From: Lama guanicoe
Taxonomy: Eukaryota
NCBI GenBank assembly: GCA_013239625.1
Contig: MU056050.1
Coordinates: 7,021,838 to 7,085,837, forward strand
Direction: 5' to 3'
Length of the DNA stretch: 64,000 bases
Shown here: piece by piece, positions 37,475 through 49,313 of the stretch
Layout: the number at the start of each line of letters is the position of its first letter
Numbering within the stretch: the stretch's first letter is position 1
Notes under the pieces: model-generated
Told to the model about the DNA's origin: nothing
What the model saw: only the letters and a program-made list of their open reading frames with translations
Databases searched by the model: none
Program-made: the position numbers and the translations under genes

Positions 37475-40400
37475 CTCTGGTTTCAAAGTTCTTGAAATAA
37501 GTGACCACAGATGTGGTAACATATCTTGCTACTAAATGGGTTTCATGTGGTCCCAGCTCCTGATCTGCAAAAGCGATGACTTCAGCTTCTTCAAGATCTG
37601 CTATTTTCTCTAACTTTGGGTATTTATTTTTCCACTTTTCCAGTAAAGTGGAATCTTCTCCATTTGCCACAAAGCTTTTGTTTTCTTCTTCAGTTTCACA
37701 GCTGACTCTTTTTTCCCAAATTTTAAGCAAGCTTTTCTCATCCTTTTGTTCTTCAGATATTACAGAGAAAGGTCTTTCCTTTGATATTAAAAATGGCTTC
37801 ACAGTTTCTATACTTTCATTAGTGTGTGGGGTTTGACTTGGAAGGCCATAACTCAACAGCACGGTATTGACAATATTTTCTGCAGCTAAACATATTTTGA
37901 GTGGAGAAATGGTTGTCTGTATTTGGTTTGGCTGAACAACTGGTTTGGGGGGCTCACAGTGAAGCACTTTTTGACTTTCACCTTCTTCCATTTCTGTGAA
38001 GGACATGGGGTGCTCTAGCGCTGCCTGTGCAGAGTCACTGGATTTCTGAGATGGTTTCTGTAAGATAGTGCTTTCTAGGAGAGAGCACTTTCCTTTCACA
38101 GCTTGATTAAAATGACTGAAGATTTGGGCTTCACTTCTAGAATATGATGGTTTAAGCTCTGATTTGAGCCCTTCCATTGGTTCTGTGGCTTTAGTTGTAT
38201 CTCCTGCAGAGTATCTGACACACGAAGGTATACTTGAGGAAGTCTTGTCCTTTATTTTCTTATCTTCTTCTGAATAAAACAATAAGCCAGGGATTTGTGG
38301 AGGATCATCCCGGCAGCTAACTCCCTTTGACTCTGAAGTGGACATTCCCATTCCGATTGCAAATCTGGACCAATTAACAGTGCAGGCATTTATAGCTCCT
38401 TGAAGCAGACTTTCCTTTGGATGGCTTTTGATCATCAGCTCATAGAAATAAGTGCACTGGTCCATCAGGGTGCTGATGTTCTGACTTGCTACAATGTTTT
38501 CTTCAAATATGCTAATTGAATATGGCTCTACTTGGCATTTTTCCTTGTCTAGTTTGTTCTTAATTATACCAAGCATGTCATTGACAGTATTAACAGTATA
38601 AGTAAGCAATTCTGAATGGAATGAGTAAAGCAGTACAAGTATATTCTGTATGTTTTCCTGGGAAATCATACTACTTGATTTAGATTCATCAGGAAACTTA
38701 CTCAGTCGCTGTAACCTGGGCAATATCGTTTTCATTAATGGTTTCTGTTGTACAGCAAAAAAGTTTTCAATAGGTGTTCTCACAATTTCAGAAAAAGCAT
38801 GTGTAAAGACATGTTTAAACTGCAGGTCTGCAAATGACTCTAAGGTGTTCAGAACCCCTTCTAAGATCTCTTGAGCGATTTGGTGGCCAGAGCCCCCCAC
38901 CTTTTTGTCTTTCAACTTTGTGTTATAAGTTGGTACATTGTTGAGGTTGTTTGTTCTTAATGAACCACATTTACTTCTAGCAGTAGTTTCTTTTTTGCTT
39001 TCTAGTGTTTCATCACTATCTGTTGTAAACATCTGAGTCAAGAAGCACAATTCTAATTTTTCAAATAGCTTTTCAACAATTTCCTGGCCAAATACATTAA
39101 TTTGTGCTTGGGAACCCTCAGTTCTAGAAGCAGTGCCATTAAAATTATGGTGCCTGCTTTCACAAGGCCCAGGAAGTGACAAATTTAAATGTGAAACAGA
39201 TTGTTCTAATTCTTTTGCTTTCACTGAAATTTCATTCAAAACAGTTTCAGCTACCATCAACAGCTTATATTTTTCGTTATCCATGTCACTTGATTCTGTT
39301 TGCCATTTATCAAACATTTGTTTAAAAATATCTTCTTTAGGAAAGATTTTTTTGAGTTGTGAAGAAACATTCTCCAAAGAAAAATGGGCTTCTGGATTTG
39401 CAAGAGAGATTGTACTAAAATACCCCTGTGAAAGTTTGAGATCATCTGAGTATGCGCCTTTTATTGGGTTGGCCAAATTGCTCTCTGTAGCATATAATCC
39501 TTGCAAAACTGCATTAACTATTTCACTTGCTGTCACGATTTGATCAGAAGGTAAAGCATTTACTTCTACCATTGCTCTATTCTGCCTCACTTCTTCAAAT
39601 TCATTTACAATTGTTTCCAGAATATTACTTAATATATCCTTGGCATACATTTTTAGTTCCACAGTGGGGAGTTTTGCTCTTACTAAGGGGTTTCTGGCAT
39701 CCCCTATTGATAGCAGGTGTGGTAGTCCAATGGCAGTCTTGGACCACCTGCTTCTTAGAGTCTTCTCTCTAGGACCTAACTTGGTTTTCCATTTGGCTTT
39801 AGTTCCACTAGGTCCTAGCTGTGGTTTTGTTCCAAACTTAGCCAAAGAGGTAACTTTTGATTTTGTTTTAAAATTTATTTTAAAACTTGTCTTAGGGCTG
39901 TCCTTGGGACTAGCTTTAGAATCGCATGTCCTCAGATAATGAATTTCATCAGACTGACTTTTAGGGGACGAACTCTCTCCTAGATTCAGCAAAGCAAAAT
40001 CTGTGATCTTTCTGAGAACCTTTTGCACCAATTCTTCACCCACTTGCAATGGAGAAAATTGCAATAAGGTGTTTTTCAACGAAGTGACACTTCTGATGCC
40101 TGTGTAAGAATAAAGTTGTGGTATCACAGTTTCAGGGGGTACACTTCTTTTTCCTTCTTGTTTCAGTTCACTAAAGGATGATGGATTCATCAGTAATTCA
40201 TCACTTCCAGATACTTCCAATTCTCCCCTGGTCTCACTGTTTTCATATAAAGATGTCATAATTATTAAGAACATTTTTCTGAAAACACTTTCAACTATGT
40301 CATTCGCAACACTGCTTATATGTGACTGGAAGGCTTTTTTTCGTGCTGATGTTTTAATTTTATCAGATGTAAAGTGGGGGAGTTCATTAAATAGATGCCA

Positions 40401-43400
40401 ATAGTCTATGTCTTCCATTACCCTTTGATACACCTTCTTTAAAATTTCCTTAACTGCACTTAGCAAAGCAGTTGTTTTTTCCTTTCTAGATTCTCCATTT
40501 CTAAATATTTCCTCCAAAACCCTTTTCTGGTTTTCGGCTTCTGATATAACTTGGTTTTGATCAGAATATTTTGAACATAGAGACAGTTCAGTGTTATCTT
40601 CCATCTTTCTTTGACCTGGCAATATTTCATTTTGTAGAGCTAGCTGTGTAAAAAGACCAGGGTCCCACTTTGAGTAAAAACCACTCGCATTTAAAGATTT
40701 TTTATCATGTAAGTTCTTTAAGATGTTGTTGACAGTATTACTTGCAATGATGTTTTCTTGGAATGAAGTATTGTTTTGATATGAATACATCTTTTGGATT
40801 TCTAGGTCTACATCATTTTTTATAAGCGTCAAAATAGTCTTGGCGATTATGTCAGCATATTCCTTAAGACCAGCTGGTGATATATGAATTGCAGGTCCAT
40901 TTTTTTCTCTGTAATTAGCAAATGTGTAATTTGTGACCTCTTGACTGAGAATGGTTTTAGCTGTTGATATTTTCGGGATATTCACATCTAGTGGCATTTG
41001 GTTTGATTCAAGAAATATGCTGTCGTCTCGTTTACAATATGTAAATTCTGGGCCAACATATGGTTTTTCTCTAGTCTCAGTATCAAGAATAAATAGCAAA
41101 TCTATTCTTTCTGTGGCAAAAGATTTTAACCTATTCAAGATACTTTTAGTAATGAAGTGAGCATTTTCTTCACAAGGGTCAGGAGATTTCTTGGCATCTT
41201 GTTTCTTACGTACAGTTGTCTGATTATCATCAGAATAAGCTAATTCCAGCTGTACATCTCTCTCCTTTTTTGCAGATAGAAATCTCTCCCTTTCCCTTTC
41301 ATTCACTGAGTCTATCACAGGGGATTTTTGATGCTCTGCTTTGGGCAACGCACCAGAAAATATCAGGGGAAATCTTGGAGAAATGGAATCCTTCGCATTT
41401 ATGTCAAGAATGATAGCAGAAGTGAGATTTTGAAGAACAATATCTACCATTTCATTGGAAATCATAGCAACACACTCCTTAGGAACTAAAAGTGTTAGAA
41501 TAGCCTTACTTGCATACTCAGGGTCCGTTTCAGAGTATGCTTCTAAATGTCTCCCACTTATATTACCTTTAAAAGTGGATACAGCAAGTGGGAGATTATT
41601 CTCATCTATTGTTTCCTCACAGATGTCAACTAAGATACCTTCAATGGTATCTTGTATTTGAGACTGAAGTTTTTTTCGATAATCACTTTTACTGAACAGC
41701 TTTTCAACAATATCTTCTGACCGATCTGGATCAGTCTCTCTGTCAAATGTATTTTTTTCATATTTGCCTTTAGTAGACACAGTATCTAACAGTGTGTTAA
41801 CAATCTGACTTGGAATACTTTCAGAACCCACAACATTATGAGTTAAGAATGGACTTTTTATTTCTTTATCTAACTTGTGTTTGATTCCTTGTAAAATTTG
41901 TCTAGCCACTTCTATTGCATATATATTTAATTTAGAAGTAGTCAGTTGACACACTGAGGTGGTCTTTCCTGACTTATTATGATCCACTGAGCAATAGGAA
42001 AATTGATCATCAGAATATGAATCTTTGGTTGATATCCGTGGCTGGCTTAAAGCAGTCTCATCCTGCTGTAAAGGTAAAGCTATTGGAACTGTGAAACTGA
42101 CATGAGGACAAAAGAGAGCTTTTACTTTAGAAGTAGCAAATGTTTCCAAACTTGTCAATACTGACTGTATAATATCTTCAACTACATTTATTTTGGTCAG
42201 TTTACCAATACTGAATGTGGACTGAAGTGTACACGGATTTCTGTCCAGTATGGCAGAATAAACAGGAGCCTTTCCTCCACTGGCATATTCAGGCAAAGAG
42301 AGATTTGCTGGAAAAGTGACAGTATTATACTTTTCATTTACACTTCTATCTGTCATGGCAGCAGAATAAAGTTTTTGAAATATGGTTCTAACAACATTAT
42401 CTGCAACAATGGTTACATCTGCTTCAGACACTAAAGGGCCCACTGTTTTATCCAGGGATTGAACAGATGTTTGAGCAACTGGCTCATCACCAGCATGAGG
42501 AATGTCACATAAATGGGACTGGGTAAGAGGATGCATTTTTAGTTGATCAATTAAATCATTCTGAAAAATTTCATTCAAAATATTTCTTATGATGGGCACA
42601 ACTGGGGACTTTTGTGGCTCTTTGAGTTCTACTTCAATTTTTTTAAATGTTCTTTCTAGTTCTCGTTGCTGAAGAGAATCTGATTTAGTTTCTTCTTCTT
42701 TTGGTCTTTCCTCTCCAGCATTTTCTTTCTCTGTATCCGTAGGATCTTCTAAATATGAGTCTGGGTCCGCTCCTCCAGGAAGAAAATTTCCATAGGTTGG
42801 CCTGTATCTGTAATTTTCAATGCCACTCTCTTCTGGCTCAGTTTCATTAAATACATCTGGAGAAACTGCATCTAAAATGAAATTGACTACAGTCTTCAGC
42901 ATTTGTTTCTCCTGTAGTGGCTTGCTTATGCACGTTTCCAAATCTGGCAAGCTCACATTTAATTCAGTTTGAATAGCTTTCAAAATAGTACTTGACACTT
43001 TTTTTGCATGCATGTATAAAGTCGACTGCAACTGTTTTTCAAGTGCGTTACCACAAATGTTGGTATTTCCACTTTCCCAGTATGTCCTGTTGTTCTTTTT
43101 ATTTCCACTGATCACAGTGCCCAGAGTTTCTAAACTTTTATTGGCAAACCCTTCCAATGTAGCAAAAACCATTTCAAGGATATCTGAAGCCATGGTTTTC
43201 AGTTTATTTAGACACTTTCCTTTTGTGGTTCCTGTTTTGGGCACAGTAGTTTTCCCCTTGTTATTAGTCACTTCTTGACAACCTGGCTGGGTCACACTGG
43301 ACACCATGCTGGAGATTATATCAGAGCATCTGCTCAATTCCTGAAGAAGTAAAGCAAATGACAGGCTGTCAGTGTCAATATACTCTGACATACCTTTAAG

Positions 43401-46367
43401 TTCCGAATTTTTGAAAATGCTGTCTTTCTCAATACCACATAATTTTGTAACAATATCTTCTAGAATTGTATGAGAAATAAACTTAATATTGGACTGCAAT
43501 GTACTGGTTGTTCTCAAATTCTCAGTGATCCACTCTTCGTTTTGATCACCAAATAGGGAAGAATGTGGATGGTTTCCTATGAGCTTGCACAGCATGTCAT
43601 ATAAGGTATCTCCAATTCTATCTAACACTTGCAATCTCGCACATGTGTGAATTTCCTCCTGCATGTGAGGACAATGAGAAGGCAAAAGTTTTTGTTGATC
43701 AATGTCAACAGTTCCATATGAGATTTTAGACCATAGCTTATTTGGAGGGAGTAAAATATTGCTTTTATCTGTGTTCCCACTTAATACCTCACAAATGCAA
43801 GTTGCTAATGAACTTGTCATAATGTCATTATTTAGCTTTGTGACAAAAGAGTCTAATTCCTTTTCAGTGTCAGCAAAAAATCCTGTATCTCTAAAGTTCT
43901 TGGGAGGGCTACTCTTCCTAAGATTTATATTTTTCTTATTGTACTGTAGTTCTTTCTGGATAGCATCCAAAACAATTTTTACCACTTTAGTTGTGTAAGC
44001 ACTAAGGTGAAATCGAAACACAGATTGCTTGTCAGGTTCAGGGTTTGAATGGGCAGCATGGCTTTCTGGTTTGAAGCAGTTTTGTAATTTTGGACAAATA
44101 AATGAGTTCAGCTTCTTAAAAATTGTATAAATGATCTTATCATTAATGTAAACTACAGGTTCAGATGTTGCTCCACTTTCTCCAGGTTCTAAACAGGGGT
44201 GTTTTGTAGGGTCTATGCCAAGTGCAGATAAAATTTTCATATTCCTTTTAATCTCAAACCATATTTCTAATGGATCTTTATTTGGTACATCAGCATTATC
44301 TAGACCGGTTTGACGTACTGATGAAGAATGTCCAATAATGTGATGAGAAGCTATGTGAAGTATTTTTAATATAGCATCTACAATTTCTTGAGCTACTGTA
44401 TGGATTTCTGACATGGAGAACATCTGGTCCATCCATTCTTGATGTGACAGATCTTGTGGTTTTCCTGAGGTAAGAAGTGAAGTCTTTCTACCATTTTTAT
44501 AATCTAAGTAATCAGAAGGCCCAGAAGATATATCTTTGAGTGTCTGTGCTAAAACACTTGTAATTATATTTTCAGAGGCTTTTTGTATTTGATGTGTTTC
44601 TTCTTGGTTGAAAAACAAAATGTCTTTATTCCAACCTGGCTTGTCCTTAAAAAGATCCTTAATATTAAAAGTTGAAAGGTCAGTATTTAATCCCCAATTG
44701 TGAAATGCTACTTTGTCTTGATAAGCAGGCTCTGTAACTAAGTTTGTATTTCTTTCGTATTTAAAACCAGCATTTTCCCTTGTTAGCCAGTGATCAGGAG
44801 ACTGTTTGTGTAATTTTGCTTTTTCATCTTTGATAGCTGAAATCAATACATTTTCTACAATTTTGTCTATTTCTTCATTTTCATCTTCAGAATAAAGGAC
44901 CATGCCAGGAACATTAATAGGTGGAAATAGGCATCTATTTCTAGGACCGTTAACTACTCCAGTGCTGGTGAGTCTATTCTCTTCTTCAGTGCCAGGAGGA
45001 CTGCTCATTCTGGTAAGTTTACTCTTCTGGACATCTGTTTTCACTGGTTTCTGATGTAGCTGAGCCAAGATATCATCAAGTAGCTGAAAGATGGTCACTG
45101 TTTCTTTATTTGCAATGACCCTTTCATTATTAAGTCCAATTTGTATATAACCTAGTATAGTGCTGATTGCTTCCTTTATATAACCAACCAGAGAGGGCTG
45201 GGAAAAAATACTTGACATTAAATTTTGTATTTCTTCTTTGCCAATCAAATTGGCAGCATCATCTTCAGCAATGGATTTCCTCTTGCTGGCTCTTTGAAGG
45301 AACGTATATGTTGGCTCTTTCCTGAGTGGCTGATAAGCAGAGTCAGGTGTGATTTCAAGATGAGTAAGTTCACTTTGTTTAGAAGATGCAAGAGCAGTCA
45401 GTTTTTCTAAGATCACATGAACCATATCGTCTGCGATATCATTCATTTTCTCCAAAGCATAAGGCAGTGAAGCTTTTGAAGTTTTTTCTTTTGGAGAAAA
45501 GAAATTTTCTCCACTGACTAAGTCTGATTTAAAGTGAATTGACACATTTTCTTGTGAAAATTCCTCAATACATTTTTTCTCAACTGCAGACTGTAGCCTC
45601 TTAAGCACATTTTCCATAATTTCAGCAGCTGCTGAGGAAATATCAACAGTGGAGAGCAAGTCTCCTTTGTCAGTGTGAGTTTGGTCAACCAAAGCTTTGG
45701 CCGTAACAGAGGAAAGGGTGGGGATGGACTGGGTTACTTCAGACACCATTTCATGAAAAACATTTTCTAAAATCCGCTCAGTTTCCCCTTTTAGGTGATA
45801 TTTAAAGTTAACATTATTTAACTCCTGCATCTCATTTACAGCTTTTGCTTTTTCATCGGAAGACAGCGGGCATTGTAAGCCATCTGTTTCAGTGGCAGCA
45901 TCTTTAGATTTCCTTGTGCTTGTTTTAATAGATGCAAAAAGGTGACTATCAGATTTACAGATTTTAAGCTTGTAGGATTCAGCGGTCTCACTATATTTAC
46001 GTTCAGGGATTTTAGGGTCCTTTCCTAAGTGTCCTTTCCTGTCATATGCTTTTTCCACAACTGTTCTTTCATTATGAGCAGAAGATGGTTTTAAAGGTGC
46101 TGCTGGTTGCCCTACTGACCTGTCAGCTGCCTTTGCACAGGGCTCTGCCTGAACCATCTTACTTGCTTCATATAGAAATGTTTCACAGCATGTGCTACAG
46201 CAACTCCTACTATCTGAAGAGAGGGTGGAATCATCAGGCATTGGGTATATACTATTTTGCAACCTTTCTTCATATTTTGTGATGGCTGGGTATAATACAC
46301 TGGTCACTGCAGCCACAACCCAGGTCATTATATTATGAATTATACTGTTCAGTTCTTCAGAAGTTAC
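37475..46367 (-). CDS. FSIP2L: FSIP2-like giant exon 1 (8,893 nt, phase 0 to 1)
   Basis: Lies within the stop-free 2975-aa ORF. Acceptor cctcctctccAG|GTA ACT TCT GAA at 46368/46367; donor ACC AGA G|GTGAGT at 37475/37474. Confidence 0.93.
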
Positions 46368-46738
46368 CTGGAGAGGAGGTGAGCAGGGATACAAGGGAAA
46401 TCACAATTTACTCTATTTTAGGGAGAAAGGCTAACCTTTAATTCCTTATATCAAACAGTGCATAGCTAGAATCCAGCCATGGTATATGGAGAGAACATAA
46501 GAAACCTATTTAGAACAGATTAATTTCAAGTTGGTTTATTCTCTAGGGCTGTGAGCTATTCTTTGAATAAGACTTTCTTTGATTCAAAATCCCTTGGAAC
46601 TTTTATTTTCAGCATTTATTGCTGAGGACAAATTGCTTCCTGGCTAAAAAAAAAAAAAACCCAAGTGGGTGTCTAGGCTCACAGAAAACAAATGCCCTTG
46701 CAAGAAGTAAGACTGTGCTAATGACCAAGCATTATTTC

Positions 46739-46897
46739 TTTTTTTTTAACATTTTTTATTGATTTATAATCATTTTACAATGTTGTGTCAAATTCCAGTT
46801 TAGAGCACAATTTTTCAGTTATACATGAACATGTATATATTCATTGTCACATTTTTTTCTCTGTGAGCTACCATAAGATCTTGTGTATATTTCCCTG
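46739..46897 (-). mobile_element. Short young L1 3' end (same family as 4001-5032)
   Basis: Poly(T) followed by aacattttttattgatttataatcattttacaatgttgtgtcaaattccagt..., near-identical to 4015 onward. Confidence 0.85.
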
Positions 46898-46904
46898 TTA
46901 AGTG

Positions 46905-47006
46905 TTTTTTTAATTAAAAAATTTTTAAATGGAGGTACTGGGAATTGAACCCAAGACCCTGTGTATGCTAAGCACGTGCCCTACCACTGAGCTCTACACA
47001 CACCCC
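46905..47006 (-). mobile_element. tRNA-derived SINE (Vic-type)
   Basis: The minus strand reads GTAGAGCTCAGTGGTAGGGCACGTGCTTAGCATACACAGGGTCTTGGGTTCAATTCCCAGTACCTCC followed by an A-rich tail. Confidence 0.85.
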
Positions 47007-48054
47007 AGCAATATTTTTTAAAAATACTAAAAATACAAGCCAGATTGCCTCTAACAAACTCTTTCATGAAACAAATTTGCAGTTCAAACGTTTTTGTACC
47101 TTTGCAGAGATAGCCTCTCTTTTACTGAAGCATCTGTTTAGCTAGGAGGTGAGGGTAGAAAATAAAGCCCCACAGTGAAGGGGTCAGCCTCTGGGCTCTG
47201 TGGCTGGCCTGTTGCTGCCCTCCTCTGACAATCAACTGTGTTTATACATGCAAATAACTACAACTACTTGTTAAAGTTTAATTGATGGGCAACAATCAGC
47301 ACTGATGATTTGAGGGAAATGAACAGGCTTGGGTCCAACAAAACATTATCAGTGTAAACTGTCCTGGATTGGGAGGCAGAGGACAGCTCAAGAAGTAAAG
47401 AAACACATTAATTTAGGTGGAAAATAAAGGCTGGACTAGAACTGGGACTCAAAGAGCCAGAAGACTGAGCAGTAGAGGGAAGTTGGGGTCTCCTTCAGAA
47501 TGAACTGAAGTAGAACCTCAGGGACCAGACTTGAATGGCCATTTCCTTATGGTTAATTGTGCTCACTGTTACAGCTTAGACTGGAACAGAATTTTTGCAT
47601 CTGCCAAATTCTGTAGCTATTTATGTACTTCTACTTATTGTGGATATATTTGGGGATAATAAAATCCTTTGCCTATAAGAAAATAGTATTCTTTTTTTAA
47701 GCTGTTATTATCCTCAAGACAGCTAGACCAAGAATGTGTACCTTCCACAGGAACTCTATTTCTCAAGGCTGTGGATACAAGTCAGTGGCAGCAAAGGCTG
47801 GATGCCTGGCATTCTAGCTGTGCATTGTTTGATGTCTTGGCATTTGGGCACCAGATTCCCTATAATGTGGCTGTTGCCTCCCAATTATCTTCAAAGTTAG
47901 CTCCCAGATTGTTTAGGTTTAGGGCAACATTCAAAGAAAAGTTAACACCTTGTTGTATGTAGCATATTTTCTCCTGACCCATTAGAGGAGGTCTGAGGGA
48001 CACTTCAAAGAAAAGCCACTTTATTTGAGCCAATTTCCCAAATCTCTTTAAGCA

Positions 48055-48160
48055 TCTTTTATTGTGATAAAATACACGTAACATAAAATTTACCATTTTA
48101 AGGTATACAGTTTAGTGGCAATAAGAACATTCAAAATGTGCAAACATCACCACTATCTAG
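48055..48160 (-). mobile_element. Old L1 3' end fragment
   Basis: ttttattgtgataaaatacacgtaacataaaatttaccatttt...tacagtttagtggcaataagaacattc...catcaccactatcta. Confidence 0.7.
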
Positions 48161-49276
48161 GTCTCGTAATGCATTTTTTCATCTACTACACAGACTAGAA
48201 AATGGCTCCTGAGTTTGAAAAACATAGTTTGAAATGACAGCATATGGTTGAAAAACACTTGTTTTACATAAACATGTCCTAAATCAAACACTTCTAAGAA
48301 TAACATTTAAACATTAATAGGTAAGTTACTTACCTTCCTGGTCTAAATTGGTCTAAATCCGTTCCAGTACATACGAGCTAAGAATTTCAATATATATTAT
48401 TTTCTTATCACCAGAGATAATGTATAGCAAACCTAATTAGGCTTAGGGTAGCTGAGAAGAAACATTTTCAACTTTGATATATAAAATTGGGACATTCCTC
48501 AAGTTTTAAGTGAAGTGAAATATGATAAACAGAATTTGATTTTTCAGCTTATTTTCACTATATGATTAAACCAAGAAATATCCTTTTTGTGCCAGTATGT
48601 CTCAGTCTTTGTGTTTGTTGCATGTTCTATGAATTGATCAGGTGTATGTGTGAAAGGGTGTGTGAATTTGCTACTCCCCTGAGCTCCTCTCTGTTCATGA
48701 TTCCTCTGCCTAGCCCCAGAGTTAGGGCTTGTCAAATTCACCTTCTTCTTTTTGCCTGGTCCAAGCTACAGCTCTCTTCTGACCAGGAGCCTTCTTTTGA
48801 TGGAGTAGCCATCCTAAAATTCTTCTTACTCTCAGCAGAATTAAAAGATGATCCTGACATCCTGGTTCACCTGCTTGAGGGGCAGGATGCCCCTGAGCCA
48901 GATGACCTACAAGCATCTGCAAAGGCATTTCCTTTAATGTCTTCCCACTATGGAATGGTCTGCGGTCTTTGATGCTTTCCCTGTGATGATTAATCCTAAA
49001 CCTCCCCTAATCTACCCCCTTGAGTCCCCTGCACAAAAGGTCAGTAGCAGTAATTCTAGACCCCTTTTAACAATAACTCTTTTAACAATAACTTTGGACC
49101 CTCTGCAAAACTCAAGATTAACTCAGAGTGAAAGGCAAGAGAAAACGGCAAAGTGGAAAACTGACTAATATCAACAGATGATTTTGCTGGTTGTCTGACT
49201 CACAGATTTTTCTCTAATAACATATTAGAAAATATCAAAAATATATTGCTTTATCAGTGAATTTCATCGTACATAC

Positions 49277-49313
49277 TTTTTCTTGACAGCGATTTTGATG
49301 GTAGTTTTGTTGT
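49277..49313 (-). CDS. FSIP2L: FSIP2-like internal exon (37 nt, phase 2 to 0)
   Basis: tctctttactttttcAG|A CAA CAA AAC TAC CAT CAA AAT CGC TGT CAA GAA AAA|GTATGT. QQNYHQNRCQEK joins VTSEEL, like the recalled FSIP2 QQNLLQNCLQEKVTSEEL. Confidence 0.75.

Noticed and set aside
30024..46282. Plus-strand ORFs of 60-146 aa overlapping the giant exons
   Set aside because: These are antisense shadows of a long coding frame, with no recognisable homology.
26795..46394. Treating the 2975-aa and 3138-aa ORFs as two separate single-exon genes
   Set aside because: Both are bounded by strong splice sites, and their phases join across a 1,138-nt intron (36337-37474). The listed starts are not real initiators.
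48544..48990. Coding-looking stretch and ORFs (48562-48972+, 48722-48928-)
   Set aside because: No recognisable homology, stops in the most coding-like minus frame, and not needed to keep the FSIP2-like frame.
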